Origin: an uncultured Actinomycetes bacterium
GTDB lineage: Bacteria; Actinomycetota; Thermoleophilia; RBG-16-64-13
Direction of reading: 5' to 3'
Length of the DNA stretch: 64,000 nt
Assembly (NCBI GenBank): GCA_963714175.1
Contig: CAVQNN010000003.1
Location: 520,201-584,200, forward strand
Shown here: piece by piece, positions 18,841 to 28,004 of the stretch
Layout: each line of letters opens with the position of its first letter
Numbering within the stretch: position 1 is the stretch's first letter
Position numbers and translations under genes: made by a program
Notes under the pieces: model-generated
Told to the model about the DNA's origin: nothing
The model's database searches: none
What the model saw: only the letters and a program-made list of their open reading frames with translations

Positions 18841-20544
18841 GTGGAAGGTATGAAAGAGTCGGGTCCGGAGCGAACGGTATTGACCACCGACGTGCTCGTG
18901 CTCGGTGCCGGGGGCGCGGGTATGTGTGCCGCGCTCAAGGCCAGGGAGAGTGGCGCGGACGTCCTCATGGTCGACAAGTGCGGCATCGGCTACAGCGGTC
19001 AGGTGCCCATCGGCGGGGGGATACTGGCCTACGTCTATCCTTCCTACGCCGACACCTGGGCCGAGAAGGTCACCAAGGACAGCAACTACTTCAACAACCA
19101 GGACTGGACCTACGCCTTCGGCAAGGCGATGCATCCGACGACCATGGATCTGGCCGACCTGGGGCTCACCTTCCTGAGGAAGGACGGGGAGATCGAAGTC
19201 CTTACCTGGGGACCGAACATCCACGTCACGCTCTTCGATGCGCCCAAGTCCCTGGAGGCTCTGAGGAGGACTGCGAAGGCCCGCGGGGTCAGGATGATGG
19301 ACAAGATATTCGTCATCGACCTGCTGAAGAACGGCGACCAGGTGGTGGGTGCCGTCGGCCTGGGGCTCGTCGACGGACGTGTCTACGAGTTCAATGCCAA
19401 GGCGACCATCGTCGCCACGGGGAACTGCGGATACCAGCACGAGAAGACCTATTCCTCCGTGCAGGGCGAGGGCCCCGCGATGGGCTACCGAGCCGGCGCG
19501 CAGATCACCAACGCCGAGTTCAACAGCATGTACGTCTGGGGCATCAAGCTCCTCGGCAAAGAGCTCATGGGCATTCATTTCTACCTGTACCTGGAGAACG
19601 CCCGCGGCGAGAAGATCATGGGCAAGCACTTCCCGGAACTGATGGTGGGCGAGCACGCGGTCTTGACCTTCGACCCCAGAGTCATCACTGCCATGTACAA
19701 GGAGGTCAAGGCCGGCCTGGGCCCGATCTACCTGAACCTGAACGGCCTGACATCGACTGAGATAGCCGGCCTGTGCGAGGAATTCGTCGAAGACCTGTCT
19801 CATATCATGGCGAACGACACGATGATGCTCCTCTGCGAGAAAGCCGGCGTCGACCCCTCCACAGAGAAGATGGAGATGTGGCCGAGGCTTCTCTACACAG
19901 GCGGCGGCCTCCGGATAGACATGAACTGCAAGACGACTGTGCCGGGCCTCTGGGCGGCCGGTGGCGCGTGCAGCAATCAGTGGACCAATGGGGGCGGCAG
20001 TCAGGCGGGTCTGGGAGTCCAGTCGGCCGCGGTGACCGGGTTCGCCGCCGGAGAGGACGCTGCGAAGTACGCGGTCGGCGCCTCGAGGTGCGATATCGAC
20101 CCCGACTATGCCGAGAAGGTAATCTCCAGGGTGCTGGCTCCGATGGAGCGCTCAGGCGAAGTCGATGCCTACGACATAACGTACAAGGTCCACGAGGCCA
20201 TCGTGCCGATGGAGTACAACCGCGTCCGCGAAGCCGCGAGGATGAACGAGGCGATGGGCATCCTGAAGGACGCCAAGGAAAGACTACAGCTGGTCGGTGC
20301 GGCCGACTTCCATGACCTTGCTCGCTACCACTCCGCGGAGAGCATGCTCATGTGCGCGGAGTTCACCTACAGGGCGGCTCTCATGCGCGAAGAGAGCCGC
20401 AGCCAGCACTTCCGCGAGGACTTTCCTGCTCGCGACGACAAGAACTGGTTCAAATGGATCAACGTCGAGCAACGGGACGGCGGCCCGGAGCTCTCCACCA
20501 TGCCCATCCCCATAAGCGACTACCGCCTACAACCCAACCCGTGA
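18841..20544 (+). CDS. FAD-dependent oxidoreductase of the fumarate-reductase/succinate-dehydrogenase/AprA flavoprotein superfamily
   Basis: N-terminal dinucleotide fold DVLVLGAGGAGMCAALKARESGADVLMVDK. 567 aa. Immediately follows the ferredoxin (ATG 4 nt after its stop), suggesting a Fd-flavoprotein pair. Confidence 0.8.
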   Translation: MEGMKESGPERTVLTTDVLVLGAGGAGMCAALKARESGADVLMVDKCGIGYSGQVPIGGGILAYVYPSYADTWAEKVTKDSNYFNNQDWTYAFGKAMHPTTMDLADLGLTFLRKDGEIEVLTWGPNIHVTLFDAPKSLEALRRTAKARGVRMMDKIFVIDLLKNGDQVVGAVGLGLVDGRVYEFNAKATIVATGNCGYQHEKTYSSVQGEGPAMGYRAGAQITNAEFNSMYVWGIKLLGKELMGIHFYLYLENARGEKIMGKHFPELMVGEHAVLTFDPRVITAMYKEVKAGLGPIYLNLNGLTSTEIAGLCEEFVEDLSHIMANDTMMLLCEKAGVDPSTEKMEMWPRLLYTGGGLRIDMNCKTTVPGLWAAGGACSNQWTNGGGSQAGLGVQSAAVTGFAAGEDAAKYAVGASRCDIDPDYAEKVISRVLAPMERSGEVDAYDITYKVHEAIVPMEYNRVREAARMNEAMGILKDAKERLQLVGAADFHDLARYHSAESMLMCAEFTYRAALMREESRSQHFREDFPARDDKNWFKWINVEQRDGGPELSTMPIPISDYRLQPNP

Positions 20545-20608
20545 TAGAGGCAAAACGGGGGAATACGAGCAAACGGACCGAGACTGAGGAGGAGGCAAGG
20601 AAGATACG

Positions 20609-22075
20609 ATGATCGCAAAAGAAAAGCTGGCAAAGATAGTTGGGGGTGCGAACGTCAGCGAGGATGCGGGGACGCTGGACGCGTACTCAAAGGACATGAG
20701 TTTTGTCAACCAGACCAGGCCGGCGTGCGTGGTGAAGCCACACAACGCTGACGAGGTGAAGCAACTGGTCGGACTCGCCAATGAGACCCTCACACCTCTG
20801 GTGCCGGTGAGTTCGGGCCCGCCTCATTTCCGGGGCGACACGGTACCGAGCACCGGTGGATCTGTGGTCGTGGATCTCAGCGGCATGAACAAGATCGTCT
20901 TCGTAGACCGGCCTCGCCGGGTCGCCATGGTCGAGCCTGGCGTTACGTTCGGCGAGCTGATCGAGGCCGCGACGAAGGAGGGAGTCAGGCTCAACATGCC
21001 GCTGCTCCCAAGGAGCACCAAGAGCGTCGTAGGCAGCCTCCTCGACAGAGAGCCTGTGGTGATGCCCAAGTATCAGTGGGACATCTCCGACCCCATCGCC
21101 TGCCTCGAGGTGATCTTCGGTGCTGGTGAGGATTTCCGGACAGGCCAAGCTGCCGGCCCGGGGACCGTCGAAGAGCAGTGGGCCGTGGGAGGCGTGCAGA
21201 AGGCGCCCTACGGACCTCATGTGGCCACCTGGCATCGGCTCGTCCAGGGAGCTCAGGGGACCATGGGCATCGTGACTTGGGCCTCCCTGCGCTGTGAGTT
21301 GCTTCCCAGCCTTGAGGAGCCCTACGTGGTGGGTTCCGCTCAGCTCGCACCGCTTCAGGAGATGGCCGCTTGGCTCATCCGCCTGAGGATGGTCAACGAG
21401 TGCTTCGTGCTCTCCAGCGCCAGTCTGGCGGCCATGTTCGCCGAACAATGGCCCACGGACTACAAGCGCCTCAAAGCCGCACTGCCGCCGTGGACTCTCT
21501 TCTATACAGTAGCCGGCTACGACTACTACCCGGAGGAAAGGGTCAGTTCCTACCTCAGCGACATCACCGACCTCACCAAGCGCCTGGGCGTTGAGCCGAC
21601 CAGGTCGGTCGGCGGTCTCTCCGCCCGCGAGATACTGAAGGCAGTCCAGCATCCCTGCTCGGAGCCCTACTGGAAGCTTCGTGCCAGAGGAGGCTGTGAA
21701 GACGTCCTCTTCCTGGCCCCGAACGACAAGGTCGAGGGGCTTGTGGAGATCATGAACGGTCTGGCCGGCAAAGCCGGCTACGCGATCTCCGACATGGGCA
21801 TCTACGTTCAGCCGATGGTGCAGGGGGCCGGTTCCCACTGCGAGTTCAACCTGTTCTACGATCCCGATAGCCCGGGCGACGCCGATCAGGTCAAGAACCT
21901 CGCCTCTCTCGCGACTAAGACTCTCATCGACGCGGGCGCCTTCTTCTCCAGGCCATACGGAGAAAACGCCCTGATGATCATGAATCGCGACGCGGCGACG
22001 GTCGCTGTGCTCAAGAAGTTGAAGCAAGTCTTCGACCCGAACGGGGTCATGAACCCGGGGAAGCTGTGTTTCTAG
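20609..22075 (+). CDS. FAD-linked oxidase (PCMH-type FAD-binding, GlcD-like)
   Basis: 488 aa with FAD_binding_4-like N-terminus (ADEVKQLVGLANETLTPLVPVSSG...VVDLSGMNKI) and FAD-oxidase C-terminal domain (VFDPNGVMNPGKL). Confidence 0.85.
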   Translation: MIAKEKLAKIVGGANVSEDAGTLDAYSKDMSFVNQTRPACVVKPHNADEVKQLVGLANETLTPLVPVSSGPPHFRGDTVPSTGGSVVVDLSGMNKIVFVDRPRRVAMVEPGVTFGELIEAATKEGVRLNMPLLPRSTKSVVGSLLDREPVVMPKYQWDISDPIACLEVIFGAGEDFRTGQAAGPGTVEEQWAVGGVQKAPYGPHVATWHRLVQGAQGTMGIVTWASLRCELLPSLEEPYVVGSAQLAPLQEMAAWLIRLRMVNECFVLSSASLAAMFAEQWPTDYKRLKAALPPWTLFYTVAGYDYYPEERVSSYLSDITDLTKRLGVEPTRSVGGLSAREILKAVQHPCSEPYWKLRARGGCEDVLFLAPNDKVEGLVEIMNGLAGKAGYAISDMGIYVQPMVQGAGSHCEFNLFYDPDSPGDADQVKNLASLATKTLIDAGAFFSRPYGENALMIMNRDAATVAVLKKLKQVFDPNGVMNPGKLCF

Positions 22076-22126
22076 CGGCGTAGTGACCGTTAGAGACAAA
22101 GCTGTGCAATAGAAGGAAGGAGCGAA

Positions 22127-23392
22127 ATGGCATTAGAAGAGTATTCCGGCGATATGAACATGTGCTGCCGGTGTTCGATGTGCAAGTTTGTGCCTTTGCA
22201 GATGGTCAAGGGTTACGAGCACGCCAACGTGTGCCCCAGCATATCCAGGTACAACTTCCACTTCTACGCGGGTGGCGGTCGGCTCAACATGGGAGCCCAG
22301 GGGCTGGACAAAGGGTTTGAGTACACGCCTCGGTACCTCGACAGTATCTACAACTGCCAGCTGTGCGGCGCTTGTGACGTTTCCTGCAAGTACGGCATGG
22401 ACATGGAAGTGCTCAGGCCTATCCAGGAACTGCGCATCAAGGCAGTCGCGGATGGTCACACCCATCCTGCTCTCGACAAGGTAGTGGAGAGGATGCGCAA
22501 GCAGGGCACCATGGTGCCCGGACCGGGCAAGCGGGGCGCGTGGGCTGAAGGACTGGGACTGAAGGACGCCACCAAGGAGAAAGTGGACGTTCTCTACCAC
22601 GTGGGTTGCTTGACCAGCTACGACAAGGAAATGCAGGGTGTCGCCAAGGCTACCGCCTCGATACTCACCAAGGCCGGCGTCAATTTCGGTATCGCCGGCG
22701 ACGCCGAGACCTGCTGCGGCGGCCGGGCCTACGAGATGGGCTACGAGGACGACTTCTTGGCGCAGGCTAAGAAGAGCATGGAAGTCATCGAGCGCTCCGG
22801 CGCGAAGACACTCGTGACCAGTTGTGCCACCTGCTATCAGTGCTATGCCGTCCTCTACGAGCGCTTCGGTCTCAAGGGCGATCTGAAAGTGGTGCACAGC
22901 AGCCAGATGATCGCCGATCTCATCGGCAGCGGCAAGCTCGAGCCGAAGAACCCGGTCGACCTGAATGTCACCTACCACGACCCCTGCCACCTCGGCAGGC
23001 TCGGGGAACCCTGGATCCATTGGAAGGGCAAGAAGGTCCCCGGCGACCGCTTCATCTTCGACCCGCCCAAGACCTACCGGCGCGGGACGAACGGCGTGTA
23101 CGAACCTCCACGCGAGGTGCTTGCCAGCCTTCCCGGCGTGACTCTCACCGAGATGGACCGGATCAAGGAGTACGCGTGGTGTAGCGGCTCCTGCGGTGGA
23201 GTGACCGATTCCAATCCCGAGTTCGCCGAATGGACGGCCAACGAGAGGATCGAGGAAGCCGTGTGCACCGGCGCCGAGGCGATCGTGACGGCCTCTCCCT
23301 GGAGCGAGAAGCTCTTCTCCGAGACCATCAAGAAGAACGGTGGCAGCCTGAAGGTGTATGACATCGTCGAACTGGTTGCCCAAGCCATATAG
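22127..23392 (+). CDS. (Fe-S)-binding oxidoreductase with ferredoxin-like and two CCG domains (GlcF/GlpC/HdrD-like)
   Basis: Cys clusters CCRCSMCKFVP and CQLCGACDVSC, then CCG-type motifs (CCGG...YHDPCHLGR; CSGSCGG). Confidence 0.85.
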   Translation: MALEEYSGDMNMCCRCSMCKFVPLQMVKGYEHANVCPSISRYNFHFYAGGGRLNMGAQGLDKGFEYTPRYLDSIYNCQLCGACDVSCKYGMDMEVLRPIQELRIKAVADGHTHPALDKVVERMRKQGTMVPGPGKRGAWAEGLGLKDATKEKVDVLYHVGCLTSYDKEMQGVAKATASILTKAGVNFGIAGDAETCCGGRAYEMGYEDDFLAQAKKSMEVIERSGAKTLVTSCATCYQCYAVLYERFGLKGDLKVVHSSQMIADLIGSGKLEPKNPVDLNVTYHDPCHLGRLGEPWIHWKGKKVPGDRFIFDPPKTYRRGTNGVYEPPREVLASLPGVTLTEMDRIKEYAWCSGSCGGVTDSNPEFAEWTANERIEEAVCTGAEAIVTASPWSEKLFSETIKKNGGSLKVYDIVELVAQAI

Positions 23393-23410
23393 GAAGGAGG
23401 GCGGTACGTC

Positions 23411-24901
23411 TTGGCTCTAGACAAGGATATCCACAGCGCGTTTGCAGATGTGGTGGGCGAGGAAAACATCTGTGACGATCCGGTGATGATGGCTTCGTAT
23501 TTCAAAACCGACTTCGCCGCCGTGATCTTGCCCAAAGACACGGCCGAGGTCCAGGCGGTCGTCAAGCTGTGCAACAAGTTCAAGCTGAAGTTCCGACCCA
23601 TCAGCACGGGTTGGACTGGAGTGTTCATCCCGGGCACCGTGCTGATCGATCTCAGGCGGATGAACAAGCTCATCGAGATCGACGAGAAGAACATGTTGGC
23701 GGTTTGCGAACCGTATGTGACCTCGGCCCAGCTGCAGGCTGAGCTCTTCAAGCGGGGTCTGAACACAAACATCAAAGGCTCAGGTGCCCAGGGCTCGGCG
23801 TTGCTGCGCGGCCACGGGGCCATGGACCAGTCCTGCGGGGCCGACGACAGGAACCATCTGGCCGTCGAGTGGGTGACCCCGGAGGGTGAGCTGGTGAGAA
23901 TCGGCTCGTGGGGTTCTTCGAACGAGTGGTTCTGTGGTGACGGGCCCGGCCCCTCCCTTCGGTGCCTGGTGCAGAGCACGGTGCCGCCGAGCGTGACGCC
24001 GGGGATCTTCACCAGGGTCGCCACCAAGGTCTACCACTGGCCGGGGCCCGAGAGATATCACCTGAAGGGCAACTCGCCGAACTACAGCCTCATCGAGCAG
24101 CCGGCGAACATGTTGCTGCGCTACTACAGCTTCCCAACGATCGACAAGTTGATGGAGGCGGAGAAGAAGATCGGCGAGAGCGAGATCTCCTTCATATGCT
24201 ACGGAATCAACTCAGCGATGGTCTCCGCGAACGTCACCCCCAGCAACGAAGAACAGATGGCCTTGTTCGATGTCGTCTCGAAAGAGGTGCAGGGCAACGG
24301 CTTCGTCGTGATCATCGCCGGCAACTCCGATGGGGATTTCGCGTACAAGAAGAAGGTGCTCGACACGATCATAAGCGAGACCGACGGCCTGTCGATGAAG
24401 ACGGTCGAAAGACCCGAGATCGAGGAGATCCTGCTGCGTCAGTGCACCCGGATCAGCGGCGCCATCAGAGAGACGTTCCGGCCCGGAGGCTACTTCAAGT
24501 CGCTCCCGGTCATGGGCCAGCGCGATCTGACCGTCCGGTGGGCGATCGGAGCCGGCGAGGCCAAGATGCCCCTCATCGAGAAGGGCTTGATCGTCGACGA
24601 CGGCGGGGCCTTCTTCGGTTGGGGAGTCGAGCACGGGCATCTCGGCAAGACCGAGATCTTCTGCGCGTTCAGCCCCATGAACCCCGAAGCCTGGAAGGGC
24701 GTCGACGCGTGGGAAGCGGAGCAGGGCAAGAGAGCGGTGGACGAGAAGTACTTCGCACTCACGATGGCCAGTCTAGACGTGATCGACGAGAGGACCGGAC
24801 CGGCCATGTCCAACTACCATCTGTGGTGGTACAAGGTGCTGGACACGCTCGATCCGAACGGAGTCATACCGCTGAAGGGCGTGAGCAAGCTCACACCTTA
24901 G
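23411..24901 (+). CDS. FAD-linked oxidase (PCMH-type, GlcE-like second subunit)
   Basis: 496 aa. TTG start after AGGAGGG. FAD_binding_4-like region (AEVQAVVKLCNKFKLKFRPISTGWTG...) with C-terminal LDPNGVIP. Confidence 0.8.
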   Translation: MALDKDIHSAFADVVGEENICDDPVMMASYFKTDFAAVILPKDTAEVQAVVKLCNKFKLKFRPISTGWTGVFIPGTVLIDLRRMNKLIEIDEKNMLAVCEPYVTSAQLQAELFKRGLNTNIKGSGAQGSALLRGHGAMDQSCGADDRNHLAVEWVTPEGELVRIGSWGSSNEWFCGDGPGPSLRCLVQSTVPPSVTPGIFTRVATKVYHWPGPERYHLKGNSPNYSLIEQPANMLLRYYSFPTIDKLMEAEKKIGESEISFICYGINSAMVSANVTPSNEEQMALFDVVSKEVQGNGFVVIIAGNSDGDFAYKKKVLDTIISETDGLSMKTVERPEIEEILLRQCTRISGAIRETFRPGGYFKSLPVMGQRDLTVRWAIGAGEAKMPLIEKGLIVDDGGAFFGWGVEHGHLGKTEIFCAFSPMNPEAWKGVDAWEAEQGKRAVDEKYFALTMASLDVIDERTGPAMSNYHLWWYKVLDTLDPNGVIPLKGVSKLTP

Positions 24902-24930
24902 CGGTCCGAGGATTGATCTGGTGATTTGTT

Positions 24931-24965
24931 GACGGGGGTGGACCCGCACAGGGTCCACCCCCGTC
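24931..24965. terminator. Perfect 15-bp-stem hairpin followed by TTCGCT; likely terminator of the plus-strand operon
   Basis: GACGGGGGTGGACCC-gcaca-GGGTCCACCCCCGTC, 30 nt after the stop at 24901. Confidence 0.55.
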
Positions 24966-25063
24966 TTCGCTGTCTGGGAGGCTGCCGAGGAACGAGGAGC
25001 CGGCCGCCAGAACCGGGTGCCCTCCGGGCGGGGCGGCGCAGTGCGGCGTTCTCGGCCGCGCGG

Positions 25064-25378
25064 CTACTCCCCGTCGGATAGTTCGTCTGGGCCGGCGTCG
25101 TCGGGTCGGGCCAGAAGGTCTCGGAAGCGTTGAGCCGCCCTCTCCTTCTCTGCATCTTGAGCAGCGCGTACTTTGAGGGCGGCTTCGTCGAGGGCGGGCT
25201 TCTCGCGCTGGGCGCTCGCAAGCAGGACGTCGATCGTGACCGGAGCCTGATCCTTGGCCGCCTGCTTCAGTATTTCCAGGAGTTCCTGTTGGAGCGAGCG
25301 CTGGTTGTGGATCGCGCGGCTGCGGAGTCCGGCGGCGACGTCGTCGGGGACGTTCTTGATGGAGAGGTTGATGGGCAT
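25064..25378 (-). CDS. Ribbon-helix-helix protein (FitA/VapB-antitoxin-like), orphan
   Basis: MPINLSIKNVPDDVAAGLRSRAIHNQRSLQQELLEIL is the FitA-like RHH signature. No PIN/toxin ORF is adjacent. Confidence 0.6.
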   Translation of the reverse strand: MPINLSIKNVPDDVAAGLRSRAIHNQRSLQQELLEILKQAAKDQAPVTIDVLLASAQREKPALDEAALKVRAAQDAEKERAAQRFRDLLARPDDAGPDELSDGE

Positions 25379-25394
25379 CCGGGGCCCTCCTTGG

Positions 25395-25592
25395 CTACTT
25401 GCACTCCAGCAGTTCTTCGACCTCGGCCATTCTGCCCTCAGCCAGCTCCTGAGGTATGAAGACCTTGCCGCACTTGGGGCAGGCCGGCACTTCGTGGGCG
25501 ACGGTGTTGCCCAGGTATGAGAAGACCGTCTTCTTCAGCACCAGTTCCCTGTCGCACTTGCCGCATTTCCAGATTCTCGCCTCAGCGTTCAC
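25395..25592 (-). CDS. Small zinc-ribbon protein (CxxC...CxxC, YgiT/MqsA-N-like)
   Basis: 65 aa, KCGKC...CPKCG. Immediately upstream of, and co-oriented with, the RHH gene. Confidence 0.5.
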   Translation of the reverse strand: MNAEARIWKCGKCDRELVLKKTVFSYLGNTVAHEVPACPKCGKVFIPQELAEGRMAEVEELLECK

Positions 25593-27862
25593 GCCGGTTG
25601 CTCCCCTCGATCGAAGCGCATGCGGTGATAGTAGGCGCTCAGTACCTCGTATGTCGTGGAGCCGTTTCTCGATACTGCACCCAGTAGGTGATGACGGGCT
25701 TGATCATGCTGGCACATGCACATGCCGTCGCTCTCGTCGTAGAACTTGTCGCCGGAGCTCTCCGCCAGCCATATCGCTTCCTTGAGGTCGGCTGCGGATA
25801 TCAGCTTCTTGTCCATGCTCTTCTGCAGTTCATCGCTGATGATCAGAGTCAGCTGATCCCATGCATGAGGCTCCGGCTGAAAATCGACATCCTGATTCTG
25901 CTTCATCAGTTCTCTCTTTACCCTCAGGCTGTTGTCCCGCTTCTCCTGGAGGCTGGGCACCCGGTCGTCTGGCGCCCAGCCCGAAGACCATGTCCAGGAT
26001 GTGTGCGCACTCCTTGCCCCGCGAAGCGAAGACCTCCTTGCAGTTGGCGCAGTAGACAATATAGGGCTTCTCGCTCGCCTCGGCGCGGTGCTGCGTGATC
26101 TCGTCGTAGAGCTCGGGATTGGCGATGCGTATGTGCCCGCCGTAGCCGCAGCAGCGGTTTCGTTCGCTGAGCTCCTCGAGCGCGACGCCCGCCTTCTCCG
26201 CAAGCTTCTCTGACGCCGGACTGCATCTCGTTGTCGTCCCTTGCCGCGCAGGGATCGAACACGGCGGCTTCGGGAAGAGGCTGGTTGGGGCGATCTCGTT
26301 CGGATCTCGCCAGCAGTTCGTAGAGCGACACCCTCGGGATCTCCGGCAGGAACAGGTTGAAGAGACTCTCGCAGGTCGCGCAGGCGAAGACCAGTGTGGG
26401 CTCTGCCCATATCGGTCCAGCTTCGCCGGATCTCTTCGATGTTCGCGCGTCATGCGCGCCTCGTCTCCCGCCCAGTAGGCGGGGGCGCCGCAGCAGCCGA
26501 GGATGATGCCCGCGTCGTAGTTCTCGCTCAGGAACTCATACGACCTCAGCACGTGCTCGGGATTCGACGCGCCCAGCTGGCAACCGGGATAGAAGGCGTA
26601 CTCGCAGGTCTCCTTCCCTTTCGGAGCGGAGGCGAAGGCGCCCTCTGAGGTGGCGAAATCCATCTCGCGCAGCCAGAAATCGTGCAGCGCGGCGGGATGG
26701 ACGCCGGCGCTCATGCGCGCCGCGCGCGAGAACTGCAGCAACGCGCCCATGTCCACCTTGACGGGGCACACCGACTTGCAGTAGCCGCAGATGTTGCAGG
26801 AGTAGACCTCCCTGGTCAGCGCGTGAGCGGAGAAGGGCGGAGTTGACTCCCATGTCGGTGTACACCTCGACCGCGATCTTTTGGGGATCTTTGCGGAAAC
26901 TCTTCAGCATCTCGCAGGCGGCCATGCAAGTGTCGCAATCGCATTGCAGGCAGCGCGCAGCCTCCGCCTTTGCCTCCTCCTCGGTAGTAGCCGTCGGGGC
27001 TGGCGGCCTCCACGCGAGGCACGGAAACAGCGTCTTCGTGCTTGAGGTAGCGTTCGCAGTTGCTCTTGTCGTAGTCGCCGAGCCGTGAGGTGCCGGCGCG
27101 CGCCTTGCCCGTCTGGAGGAACACCTCGATGGTCTTGGACACCTCGGTGCCCTGGGCGATGCCTTCCATGAGTGTTGGCCCCGCACAGCGCTCCGCCCAT
27201 GAACACCTTGGGGACCGAGGTTGTGAGCAGATCGCGGTCCCAGCTCTGGAGAAGCCCGAAGGAATCGCCGCCGGCTCCCGTCGCGATATATACGGCGTCG
27301 AAGTCGGCCAGCTCGTCGAGGGTCCTGATCTCCGTTCCATAGCGGAATTCCACCTCGACGGCGGAAAACTGCAGGGCTATATCGGCGTCGAATTCGGCGA
27401 AGCGGGGATGGGAGCGGAGGACGCCGCCCCAGCCGTTCTGCCTTTTCGAACACCGTGACCGGGAATTTCTTCTGGGCGAGATTCAGCGCGCAGGAAAGGC
27501 CGACGGCCCGCGCCGACGACGGCGATGCGCTGAGTCTTTGGGCGGTATGACGTAGGATTCCGCTCTGCGATTCTTCGCGTATCGAAGGCAGGCGGCCTCA
27601 AGGTCGCGCAGGGCGATCGCCTCGTCTCCGAGCAGCGTGCGCTGGCAGTGATCTCTGCACGGCTGATCGCAGAGCGTGCTGACGATAACGGGAAAGACGG
27701 TGGCGTTGCGCAGGGCTCTTGTAGGCCGCCATCCATCTGCCCTTGCCCGCCTTTGTCCAGAAACGAACGGATATCCATGTGGAACGGACACGCGTAGGAA
27801 CAGGAGGCGGGCTCTCCGCGAAAACACTTCGCGGTGTATGCAGTGGAATCCTCAAGCTTCAT
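25589..27862 (-). pseudogene. Fe-S flavoprotein oxidoreductase (GltD-like FAD/NAD(P) domain with CxxC/CP Fe-S motif, fused to a CCG-domain region), broken by many frameshifts
   Basis: Start MKLEDSTAYTAKCFRGEPASCSYACPFHMDIRSF at 27862. Later fragments: EFRYGTEIRTLDELADFDAVYIATGAGG, EAARCLQCDCDTCMAACE, CCG motifs CCGAPAYWAG / CCGYGGHIRIANPELYDEI, and an intact-looking C-terminal ~110 aa. Pieces lie in all three minus frames. Confidence 0.55.
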
Positions 27863-28004
27863 AGATCTCATCCTCGACGAAACAGCACAGATCGCCACGG
27901 ATTCACCGATTTCACGGATCCAGTGTATCTGTGGAATCCGTGCATCCGTGGCGTTCCTTCTCATATGCGGGTTGGCCTTGATCATCTCCAGCTCTTCCTC
28001 GAAG

